Below, one piece after another: positions 16,291-24,787 of a stretch of 35,195 bases of DNA. Position 1 is the stretch's first letter. Each line of letters begins with the position of its first letter. Origin of the DNA: Candidatus Zixiibacteriota bacterium. Its GTDB lineage: Bacteria; RBG-13-66-14; B26-G2; WVWN01. The stretch spans positions 1 through 35,195 of the forward strand of contig JASFLY010000027.1 of the NCBI GenBank assembly GCA_050117845.1, given 5' to 3'. The notes under the pieces are model-generated. The model had not been told where the DNA came from and made no database searches. It saw only the letters and a program-made list of their open reading frames with translations. A program made the position numbers and the translations under genes.

Positions 16291-19200
16291 TTAAAGGTTA
16301 GCCCGGACGCGGAACCGCGCTATCCGGTCCGTCCAATATAGCCATCCGTACTCCGCGAAGATCTCTTCGGCGTACCGCGTGTACTTCACGGCCTCGTCCC
16401 GCCGACCCAGGGCGTGCATGGCACGGGCCAGGCCGAAGGCCGCCCAGGGCCAATGGACGACGTTGCCTCCCTCCGTCTGGCCCATGACCCACTGGAATTC
16501 GGCGGCGGCCGAAATGGCGTTCCCCGTGAACACTTCCAGCTCGCCCAACCGGATTCGGCCCTCGTAAATCTCGTCGGCCTTCTTGGCCGCGGCGACGCGG
16601 CCGCGGAGTTCCGCCGTGAGCAGGGCCGCCCGGTTGCGGTCCTCGCGCTCCAGCGCCAACGCGGCCTCGAGGTTCATCCGGGCCAACGCGGCGGTCCCGC
16701 GGAAGGGCGGCTCCAGCTTATACAAAGCCTCGTAATGACGGCCGAAGGCTTCGCCGTCGTACTCGCCCACGTCCAACTCGATTTTGGCGCCCAGCAGGTG
16801 GGCCTCGAACGCGATATACGGCGTACTGATGTGGGTCGCGGCCTCCAGGGCGGCCGCGACGTGCTCCCGGGCCGTATCCCACCGCCCGCGGCTGCGCTCG
16901 ATTTCGCCCAGGTTGACGTTGGCCGCCGTCATCGCCTCGTAGTTGGATATGTCGGTGGCGAGGGCCAACGCACCCCGGCCGTATTCCTCCGCCTTCCGGG
17001 GATCCAGGTACCGGAATATCGCGGCCAGGTTGGTGGCCGCCGCCGATTGTACCCGCCTCGTCCCGATGCGGCGCGTTATGCCGAGCGCCTTCTCCGCGAA
17101 GTCGGCCGCCTCCCGGTTCCGGCCCATAAGAAAGTGCCCCACGCCCAGATTCGTCAGCGCTATCGCCTGCCCGGGCAAATACCCCGACTGCTGCCAGATG
17201 TACAGCGCTTCCTCGAAGTACTCCAGCGCCTTCGTCGCCTCGTCGGCGTTCTGGTAATCGGCGCCGATGGCGTTGTAGCAAAAGCCGACGCCGACGTCGT
17301 CCCCGGCGTCCGTGAACCGGGCGAGGGCGTCGGCTATCGTCCGGCGCCGGGCCGCGGCGTCCCCCAGGGCCGAATAAGCGTTCGATATGCTCTTGAGGGT
17401 CTGCCCCTCCATCAACGGGTCGCCGAGCGTCTTGTAAACCTTCCGGGCGTCCTCCAGATAGAGGAGGGCCCTGCGGTACTCGGCCATCGAAAGATACGCC
17501 CGGCCGGCGAGGTAGAGTAACTTGGCCCGGACGGCCGGAGTTTCCGCGTATTTGAACTCCGCCTCGGCAAGTTCCAGCGCCTTGCGGGGTTCGGCGTAAT
17601 CCACCAGCGCCAACGCCAGCTTGTCGATGATCTCGAGTTTCAGGTTAATATCGTCCGGGGCCGTATCGCGAAGGTTCTCGAAGGCGCGCTGATAGTGCGA
17701 AATGGCCTCCATGAGAGCGTAGGCCGCCGCGGCCCGGTCCCCGGCCTCCTTTAAACGCTCCACCGCTTCCCGATTCCGGCCGGCTTCCAAAAGGTAATGG
17801 GCGACCACGCCGGGTTCCACGCCCCGGCCTTCCGCCACGCGGGATACCTCCGCCAACGTCGCCTCCCGTTCCTTGTGCACCAGCGACTCGTACAGCACGT
17901 CCCGCATCACGTCGTGGGTGAAAACCAGGCGTCCCTCTTCCAGCTTCAGGATACCCTCGCGTTCCAGTTCACCCATTAATTCGGCGCAATCGCCGGCGAT
18001 GTCGTCGGGGCAAAGCTCCCGCACGAAGTCCTCTTCGGCCTCGAGACCCACGCAGGCCGCGACCTTCGCCAAACGGAGCGCCCGCGGCGTCAGCTTATCG
18101 GCGCGGGCCCGGGCCGCCGCCTTGATGGACGCGGGAGGGCGAGACGTTTCCACCGCGCCTCCGGCGGATACCGCCGAGGCGACTTCCTCGCAATAGAGCG
18201 GCGTCCCCAACGACAACTCGACTACGCGACGAATCAACGTCGGGTTCAACCGTTCCCGGGGAACGAGTTCCCGAATAAGCTCCTCCACCTCTTCCGCGCT
18301 GAGCGGGGCAAGGGCGACAACGTTGGATGTTATTCGTTCGACCGTTTTGCGGTCCCGGGCGCTGACGATAACGAGTAACGGCAGCTCGGCCGCCCAGCCT
18401 TCCATTCGGGAGAGCAACTCGACGTCGGAATTCGAGGCCCATTGCACGTCCTCCAGAACGACTACGCGCGGCCCGTCCCGCGTCAAGCCCTCCAACACCT
18501 GCCGAATCAGTTCGGCCAATTTCTCGCGCCGGGCGCCGCCTTCTACCTGCTCGACTCCCGCCGCACCGGCCCGGGAAGTATCGAAGGCCAGGCGCAAGAG
18601 CGGCAGGGCCTCCTCGGACTCGGGATGGTATTCCCGTATAAGCGATTCCGCCCTCTCGGCGACGTTTTCGCCCGGCCGCCCCTCGAGCGCCCGCGATAAA
18701 AGGTTGCGTATCGCCGCGTAGGTTATGCCGGTCGTCACGGGCAGGCAACGGCCGACGGCGACCGGGTGTTTCTCGAATCCGGCCAACGCTTCCGAAATAA
18801 GGCGCGTCTTCCCGCTCCCCGCGTCTCCGGCCACGCCGATAACGGCGCCGCGGCCGGCGCCCAGCTCCCGCAATATCCCGGACAAGCGGGCGAGTTCCTT
18901 CGCCCGTCCCACGAAGGACCGCCGGCGGGCCGGCCGGGGGGGAAGCGCGTCGGCGGCGCCTTCGACCAAAAACCCCGTTTCGGCCCGGCCGTCGGCCCCC
19001 GTCGTCCCCAGGGCGACCGGCCTCAGTTTAAACAACGGCTTGACCTGCTCCGCCGCGGCGCTGCTGAGCAGCACCGTATTGGGTCGGGCGTTGTTCCGCA
19101 GTCGGGCCGCGTTTTCGACCGGCGCGCCGAGCGCCACGTAATCGGCCGCCGCCACGAAGCCGCCCGCCCGCACCAGGCCGAAGTCGACGGCGAACCTCGC

Positions 19201-19599
19201 CGCCAGGCCCTGGCCTACCGTCGTATATATGCGCCCGGACAGTTCCGTTATGCCGTCGCGGGCCCGTAACGCCGCCTGCACCGCGAGTTCGACCTCGCGC
19301 TCCCGGGCGACGGGGGCCCCGAAAATGGCGCTCAGGCCCGCGCTGTGGCGGTTAATTATGGTGCCGCCGAACGACGCGCACGATTCTTCGAGCGCCGACA
19401 TGCATTCCCCGACGAAGTCCGAAACACTCGAGGTCGGAACCGTCCCGAGCAGTTTTGCCAGGCCCTGAACGTCGGCCGCCAGGCACGCGACGTCCCGCAG
19501 TTCGACGCCGTACGGGCCGGACCGGGTCAGCTGGCCGCCGCACGCCGGACAGAAGTTGTCCTCGGCGTTCACCGTAGCGTTACAGGAGGGGCAGCGCAT
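16291..19599 (-). CDS. Zinc ribbon + class III cyclase-like + STAND ATPase + TPR protein
   Basis: CPSC..CPAC; cyclase-like FGAPVA...AALR and AARL; Walker A GDAGSGKT; Walker B VVLEDVQW; GTPLY; FTHDVMRDVLY; C-terminal TPR-like repeats. Confidence 0.85.
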   Translation of the reverse strand: MRCPSCNATVNAEDNFCPACGGQLTRSGPYGVELRDVACLAADVQGLAKLLGTVPTSSVSDFVGECMSALEESCASFGGTIINRHSAGLSAIFGAPVAREREVELAVQAALRARDGITELSGRIYTTVGQGLAARFAVDFGLVRAGGFVAAADYVALGAPVENAARLRNNARPNTVLLSSAAAEQVKPLFKLRPVALGTTGADGRAETGFLVEGAADALPPRPARRRSFVGRAKELARLSGILRELGAGRGAVIGVAGDAGSGKTRLISEALAGFEKHPVAVGRCLPVTTGITYAAIRNLLSRALEGRPGENVAERAESLIREYHPESEEALPLLRLAFDTSRAGAAGVEQVEGGARREKLAELIRQVLEGLTRDGPRVVVLEDVQWASNSDVELLSRMEGWAAELPLLVIVSARDRKTVERITSNVVALAPLSAEEVEELIRELVPRERLNPTLIRRVVELSLGTPLYCEEVASAVSAGGAVETSRPPASIKAAARARADKLTPRALRLAKVAACVGLEAEEDFVRELCPDDIAGDCAELMGELEREGILKLEEGRLVFTHDVMRDVLYESLVHKEREATLAEVSRVAEGRGVEPGVVAHYLLEAGRNREAVERLKEAGDRAAAAYALMEAISHYQRAFENLRDTAPDDINLKLEIIDKLALALVDYAEPRKALELAEAEFKYAETPAVRAKLLYLAGRAYLSMAEYRRALLYLEDARKVYKTLGDPLMEGQTLKSISNAYSALGDAAARRRTIADALARFTDAGDDVGVGFCYNAIGADYQNADEATKALEYFEEALYIWQQSGYLPGQAIALTNLGVGHFLMGRNREAADFAEKALGITRRIGTRRVQSAAATNLAAIFRYLDPRKAEEYGRGALALATDISNYEAMTAANVNLGEIERSRGRWDTAREHVAAALEAATHISTPYIAFEAHLLGAKIELDVGEYDGEAFGRHYEALYKLEPPFRGTAALARMNLEAALALEREDRNRAALLTAELRGRVAAAKKADEIYEGRIRLGELEVFTGNAISAAAEFQWVMGQTEGGNVVHWPWAAFGLARAMHALGRRDEAVKYTRYAEEIFAEYGWLYWTDRIARFRVRANL

Positions 19600-19617
19600 T
19601 CCCTTTCCTCGTCGCGT

Positions 19618-20526
19618 TTATTCCGAACCGCCCTCGAATATCTGGGCCTCCAATATTTGCTCGCGCTGGAAGTCGTCTATCTGCAAATACCAGGCGGCGC
19701 AATCGAGCAGGGCCTGCATCGGCGACATCCCGATAAGTTCACAGTTGACGACGGGCACGCCGTAGCGCGCGGCCTCCCGCCGGATCAACTCGACCACGCG
19801 GAATATCGGCGTCTTCTCGTAATTCGTCAGGTTCATCGAGACCTGGACGATATCGGGGTCGTCGGTCGCGAAACCCTTGCCCTTGACGAAGCGCAGGCCG
19901 CCGCCCAGGAAACGGACCTCGTTCGCTATCTTCTCCGCCACATCCAGGCGATTGGTGCCCAGATTGACGTTGAAGGCTATGAGGAAAGGCCGGGCGCTGA
20001 CCGCCGTGCAGCCGGCCGTCGGATGCACCTCGGCGGGGCCGTAGTCGGGCTTCCACGTCGGGTCCTTTATCTTCTCGGAGAAGCCCTCGAACTCGCCCTT
20101 GCGAATCTTCGCCAGGTTCTTGCGGCCGGGCGTCGTGGCGCTGTCCTCGTAAAGGTAAATCGGCACGTTGAACTTCTCGGCGATCATCGCGCCGACCTCG
20201 CGCGAAAGCTCCACGCAATCCTCGGTGGTCGCGCCCACGATGGGGACGAACGGCACGACGTCGACCGCGCCCATCCGGGGATGTTCGCCCTTGTGCTTGG
20301 TGAGGTCGATGTGCTTTAGCGCCTCGTCGAAGAGCGCCTCGACGGCGACGGGGAGCGACTTCCGGTCGCCGACCATCGTGAAAACCGTGCGGTTCTGAGC
20401 CGCGTCGGGCGCTACGTTGAGGAGACGTACGCCCTCCACCGCGCGGATCCGTTCCGCGACTTTTTCCACCGTGTCCAGATTCGCGCCTTCACTTATGTTG
20501 GGAACGCATTCGATGATTTCAGCCAT
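19618..20526 (-). CDS. ftcD: Glutamate formimidoyltransferase
   Basis: IIECVPNISEG, NRTVFT, HKGEHPRMGAVDVVPFVP, IRKGEFEG, LIAFNVNL and QVSMNL. Confidence 0.95.
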   Translation of the reverse strand: MAEIIECVPNISEGANLDTVEKVAERIRAVEGVRLLNVAPDAAQNRTVFTMVGDRKSLPVAVEALFDEALKHIDLTKHKGEHPRMGAVDVVPFVPIVGATTEDCVELSREVGAMIAEKFNVPIYLYEDSATTPGRKNLAKIRKGEFEGFSEKIKDPTWKPDYGPAEVHPTAGCTAVSARPFLIAFNVNLGTNRLDVAEKIANEVRFLGGGLRFVKGKGFATDDPDIVQVSMNLTNYEKTPIFRVVELIRREAARYGVPVVNCELIGMSPMQALLDCAAWYLQIDDFQREQILEAQIFEGGSE

Positions 20527-20562
20527 GCCTGATACAACCTCCTATTTTTAATTAATATTAAT

Positions 20563-21321
20563 TTACCGACCCAATTCCTCGCGCCAACCGGTGAACGCCT
20601 CGTCGACCGCCTCGATGCAGCGCCGCTCGATGAGCGCCATATATTCCTTGGCCTTGGCCTCGTCCAGCGACGGCATGCCGCCCGTCCCGGCCTTCCGCAC
20701 GCCCACCGGCCGCGGGAACGGAAAGCGGTAAACGCCCTGGTCGTAAGAGGCCGCCTTGAGGCCCTCCACGTTCTCGGGTCGCACGAGGTCGGGCCGCACC
20801 GCCAGGACTCCCGCCGTCTCCTCCGCCGCGGCGTGGCCGCCCTCGGCGCCGTAAACCTCGACGCTGGCCTCGGGCGCCATGAGCCACCAGTGCAGGACGA
20901 CGGTGAAGATGTCCGCCTCGCGGTAGGCGTCCTGCGCCGCTCCCTTGAGTTCGTCCAAATGGCCGCCGTGGCCGTTGAGGACGACGAGCCTGCGGAATCC
21001 CATCCGGCCGAACCCTATGAATATCTCCGTGACGTATTTTTGGAACGTTTCCGACGTCACGGTGTGGGATCCCGGGTACGGCAACAGCGTCCGCGTTACG
21101 CCGTAATTCACGGTCGGCGCTACCACGAGGCCGAAGCGCCGGGCGACTGGCTCGCACAGCGACTCCGGGATTATAATATCGGTGCCGAGCGGTATCCCGC
21201 CGTGGGCTTCGATGGTCCCGATGGCGAGCGCGATGCCGTCGTACTTGTCGGGCACCAGTTTCCGAAAATCCTTCCAACAGATCTCGGCCAGCTTGAGCGC
21301 CGGGGCGTTTCCCTCGGGCAT
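20563..21321 (-). CDS. Creatininase-family amidohydrolase
   Basis: GTIEAHG.IPLGTD, PGS, NGHGG and GGHAAAEETA. Confidence 0.92.
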   Translation of the reverse strand: MPEGNAPALKLAEICWKDFRKLVPDKYDGIALAIGTIEAHGGIPLGTDIIIPESLCEPVARRFGLVVAPTVNYGVTRTLLPYPGSHTVTSETFQKYVTEIFIGFGRMGFRRLVVLNGHGGHLDELKGAAQDAYREADIFTVVLHWWLMAPEASVEVYGAEGGHAAAEETAGVLAVRPDLVRPENVEGLKAASYDQGVYRFPFPRPVGVRKAGTGGMPSLDEAKAKEYMALIERRCIEAVDEAFTGWREELGR

Positions 21322-21346
21322 AAGGCCTCCTGGTCTTTACTATTGC

Positions 21347-21766
21347 TTAATCGCCGACGACCGTTACGGTTATTTCGCGGCGGCGGTTCTTGTTGTCGAA
21401 ATCGATAAAAATAATCTGCTGCCAGGTCCCGAGCATGGGCGCCCCGCCCGCCACCGGGAACGCGAACGTCGTCCCCAGGAGCGACGAGCGGACGTGCGAG
21501 TGGCCGTTGCCGTCGCCCCAGCGGGCGTCGTGGCCGTAGGGCGCGCCCTTCGGCGCCAGCTTGTCGAACAGCGCCGTGAGATCCGAGACCAGCCCCGGCT
21601 CGTACTCCACGGTCGTGATGCCCACGGTCGAGCCGGGCGACGAGACCAGGCCGATGCCGTCCTTCAAACCCGACGCCGATACGATACTCGAAACCTGCGA
21701 CGTCACGTCGTGGATCTCCGCGTCGCCCCGGCACGAGAGTTCGAAGGTGTCGCGATAAACCGTCAT
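21347..21766 (-). CDS. yjbQ: YjbQ / UPF0047 family protein
   Basis: GITTVEYEPG, HDARWGDGNGHSHVRS and LGTWQQI.FIDFD. ATG 21766 overlaps the bioY stop (ATGA); the 22075 ORF-track start is a spurious extension. Confidence 0.92.
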   Translation of the reverse strand: MTVYRDTFELSCRGDAEIHDVTSQVSSIVSASGLKDGIGLVSSPGSTVGITTVEYEPGLVSDLTALFDKLAPKGAPYGHDARWGDGNGHSHVRSSLLGTTFAFPVAGGAPMLGTWQQIIFIDFDNKNRRREITVTVVGD

Positions 21767-22347
21767 GCCGCCCCCTTCGGAAGGAAGAGCCCCTTGAAGA
21801 TAGCGGCCGCCGGCCCGAACGACGCCACCGCCAGGACGTACTTCGCCGCGGCCCCGGGCAGGAACGGCGCGCACCCGAGCGCGAACGCCCGGCCCCAATC
21901 GGCGCCCGTGGTCATTACCAGGTGCCCCAGGCCGAAGGCGTACACGGTGACGAGGGCCCCGAGGAAACAGGCCGCCCGAACGTACCAGGCCCGGCCGTGC
22001 GACAGGCCGGCCAGGACTACCGCCGGGACGAAGCCGACGAGGTAGCCGCCCGTCGCGCCGGCCACCACCGCCCAACCGGCGCCGCCGGCGAAGAACGGCG
22101 CGCCCATTATTCCGGCCGCGACGTACGCGAGTACCGCCGCGACGCCCCAGCGCACGCCGAGCGCCGCGCCCGCCATCAGGACCACGTAGGTCTGCATCGT
22201 CACCGGTACCGGCGTGAACGGCAGCGGCACGCGAACGGCGGCCGAGAGGCCGAGGGCCGTAACGAACAACAACGCGCCGGCGAGTTTCAAGATCCAGTCG
22301 TAATCGGCCGCGCTGGACGCGGCTAGAGTCCTATCCTTTACGCGCAT
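21763..22347 (-). CDS. bioY: Biotin transporter ECF S-component BioY
   Basis: PLPFTPVPVTMQT, G.MGAPFFAG and TGGYLVGF; hydrophobic throughout. Confidence 0.93.
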   Translation of the reverse strand: MRVKDRTLAASSAADYDWILKLAGALLFVTALGLSAAVRVPLPFTPVPVTMQTYVVLMAGAALGVRWGVAAVLAYVAAGIMGAPFFAGGAGWAVVAGATGGYLVGFVPAVVLAGLSHGRAWYVRAACFLGALVTVYAFGLGHLVMTTGADWGRAFALGCAPFLPGAAAKYVLAVASFGPAAAIFKGLFLPKGAA

Positions 22348-23274
22348 TTAATCCTCCGTTAAATACTCCCAGAGTTCGGCCGCGGCGTCTTCCCGCAAGG
22401 CGGCGTTGCCCGCCGCCGGGCCGCCGGCCTGGTAAAATACGAAATCGAAGGGCCGCGCTTCCCGCGGCGTCGCCCAAATTACAACGTCGCCCGCGGGCCG
22501 CCGGGGCCCCCGGCGCTCGTCGAAGAGGGCGTCGTCCGCGAGCAGGTTGACGAGCGGAACGCCCGCCTCCTTCGCCGCCGCCGCCAGTTCCTCGTCGGGC
22601 GCCTCGGCCGTGAATCCCTCCAGGCCGAAATCGCCCGCGCGGCATATGGCCGCCGCGCCGACGCCGGCGAACTCGCCCCGGTAATCGGCGAGCGTTACTT
22701 TGTTCGTCGTCCCCACCTCGACCGGCTTAATCCCTTCCAGGTAATCAAAGGTCGTGGCGCCGGAGCGGAAGGTGAGGACGTGCCGCGTCGCCACGACGGC
22801 CGCGTCGACCCCCGGCAGGACGTCGGCCACTCGCGCCCGGCCGCCGGGATAAACGGCCACCGCCACGCCCTCGCCGCCGACGTACGACCACATCGCGCCG
22901 ACGTCACGGCGATTTACGGCCGCCCGGACGTACGCCCCCGTGGCCGCTGCCGAGGCCGCGCCGCCGGCGCCCCGGAACGCCGCGATGGCCTGACGAACGA
23001 GGTCCCGGGCGAACTCCCCGGGCAACGTCGGCCCGCCCAACCGGCCCAACTCCTCCAGGCACGCGTTCACCGAGGCCGGCCGGCCCCCGGCGGAAGCCGT
23101 GAAGTAGGCCCCGCCCTCGGCCAAAGCGCCGCGCAAGCCCACGCGGTGGCCCCAGGCGTCCGTTACCAAAAGTTCGTCCGCGCCGGCCGCCCGGCGCTCC
23201 TCCTCCGACAGTAGGCTCTCCACCGGGGCGTCGGGCCGGACGTCCCTTTCCGCGCCGTTAAGGGTAACCTTCAT
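22348..23274 (-). CDS. Hypothetical fusion: ThiS/ubiquitin-like N-terminus + degenerate SelA-like domain
   Basis: MKVTLNG...SAGG (64 aa), then VEVGTTNKVTLADY, F.LEGFTAE, EELAAAAKEAGVP and GGPAAG, which resemble SelA segments. The gene overlaps its upstream neighbour by 4 nt and abuts its downstream neighbour. Confidence 0.65.
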   Translation of the reverse strand: MKVTLNGAERDVRPDAPVESLLSEEERRAAGADELLVTDAWGHRVGLRGALAEGGAYFTASAGGRPASVNACLEELGRLGGPTLPGEFARDLVRQAIAAFRGAGGAASAAATGAYVRAAVNRRDVGAMWSYVGGEGVAVAVYPGGRARVADVLPGVDAAVVATRHVLTFRSGATTFDYLEGIKPVEVGTTNKVTLADYRGEFAGVGAAAICRAGDFGLEGFTAEAPDEELAAAAKEAGVPLVNLLADDALFDERRGPRRPAGDVVIWATPREARPFDFVFYQAGGPAAGNAALREDAAAELWEYLTED

Positions 23275-24758
23275 CGGCCCTCTATCACTATCCTTCCGGC
23301 GGCCTCCGTCGGAACGGGCCGCCCTTCCCGCAGGCCGGACGCCACGACGTCGTACAGAATGGCCCCGGTTTTGTAAACGGACTCGATGCCGGCGAACATG
23401 GCGTAACCGTCGCCGCCCTCGGCCAGGAAGTCGGGCATCGCGACCTTGTATACCTTGTCGTCGTCGAGCGGCTTGCCGCCGACGGTTATCTCCAGACTAT
23501 CGCCCGCGCCGGCCTTGTACTCGCAGCCGGAAATTTGCAGGAAGCCGCCCTCGCCCACCTTCTCCCGCACGCAGAACTCGAAGGCCTCGCGCAACGTCGT
23601 CCCGGGTACGTCGAGGACGACTATCTCGTTGCCGAAGGGCAGGGCCGTAAGGACGTCGCCCAGCGTAATGTCGCCCGGCCCCAGGTCGGCCCGGACGCCG
23701 CCGGCGTTGACGAGCGCCAGGTCCGCGCCCGCGGCCTCGCGCGTCAGGTCCGCGACGAAGTCGCCGAAGTTGGTCTCGCGCCGGCTTATCGAATCGCGGG
23801 ACAGCACCGTCTCGGTATGCCCCACGACGACGCTCAGCTTGTCGGAGAGGCCTTCCGTGAACCCCGCGAGCACGCCCTCGACCGCTTCGTCGTCGGGAGA
23901 GGCCGCGACTATGGGGATCAACTCGTACGCCGTTACGGAAACGTCGCCCGCGTCGCCGATGTCGAGGTCCAGCCGTCCCAGGTATATCCCGTACTCGTAG
24001 GCCGAAACGACGACCGCGCCGCCGGCCCTCACGGGTTTCGTGACCTTCGTGTGCGTGTGGCCGCCGACGACGACGTCCAGATCCGGGACCGCCTTCGCCA
24101 GCGCCAGGTCGTTCTCGAAGCCCAGGTGCGTGAGGGCGATTATGGCGTCGGCCTCGCCGGCGCCGATTATCATGTCCTGCGCCGTCGTGGCCGGGTCGTC
24201 GAACTTGAGGCCCGCGACGTTGCGCGGCGCCGTGGTGATGGGGGTCTCCGAGGTCGAAAGGCCGATGACGAGGACGCTCTTGTCCCCCGCGTCCAGCCGC
24301 AGCATAGGCGTCGTGAACTCGTAACCCGGCGGGTGCATCGTTCGGATGTTCGCGCTGATGACCGGGAAGTCGGCGAACTCCATCAGGTCGCGCAGGTTAT
24401 CCTGGCCGTAGTCGAACTCGTGGTTGCCGACGCACATCGCCGTCACGGCCATCTCGTTGAGGCAGGCGAACTCGGCCTCGCCGCGGTACACCGTGGAATA
24501 CGGCGTCCCCTGCAGGACGTCGCCGGCGATCAGGAGGAAGGTCGGGACGCCTTCCACCTCGTTGGTCGCGCGGATCTCGTCCGCGACGCCGGCGAGCCGG
24601 CCTATGCCGCCGACCTCGCCCTCGCCCTTCACGGCCTCGAACGGCTCGAGGTGGGCGTGGAAGTCGTTGAAAAATAATATGGTTAGCGGCTGTCCCGCCC
24701 AGGCGGCGGCCGCCAACGTTAGCAATACCAACGTAGCTTTTACGACGTTAACTCGCAT
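23271..24758 (-). CDS. Exported bifunctional metallophosphatase / 5'-nucleotidase (UshA-like)
   Basis: Signal peptide; NDFHAH, AGD, GNHEFDYG, LTHLG, GGHTH, NAGGVR, LPFGN and FLAEGGDGY. Confidence 0.93.
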   Translation of the reverse strand: MRVNVVKATLVLLTLAAAAWAGQPLTILFFNDFHAHLEPFEAVKGEGEVGGIGRLAGVADEIRATNEVEGVPTFLLIAGDVLQGTPYSTVYRGEAEFACLNEMAVTAMCVGNHEFDYGQDNLRDLMEFADFPVISANIRTMHPPGYEFTTPMLRLDAGDKSVLVIGLSTSETPITTAPRNVAGLKFDDPATTAQDMIIGAGEADAIIALTHLGFENDLALAKAVPDLDVVVGGHTHTKVTKPVRAGGAVVVSAYEYGIYLGRLDLDIGDAGDVSVTAYELIPIVAASPDDEAVEGVLAGFTEGLSDKLSVVVGHTETVLSRDSISRRETNFGDFVADLTREAAGADLALVNAGGVRADLGPGDITLGDVLTALPFGNEIVVLDVPGTTLREAFEFCVREKVGEGGFLQISGCEYKAGAGDSLEITVGGKPLDDDKVYKVAMPDFLAEGGDGYAMFAGIESVYKTGAILYDVVASGLREGRPVPTEAAGRIVIEGR

Positions 24759-24787
24759 GATGCTTACCCCGTGTGAATATGTTAAAA

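Noticed and set aside
22348..23274. Calling this gene selA or thiS
   Set aside because: It lacks the PLP lysine motif and is much shorter than SelA, and the GG is internal rather than C-terminal.
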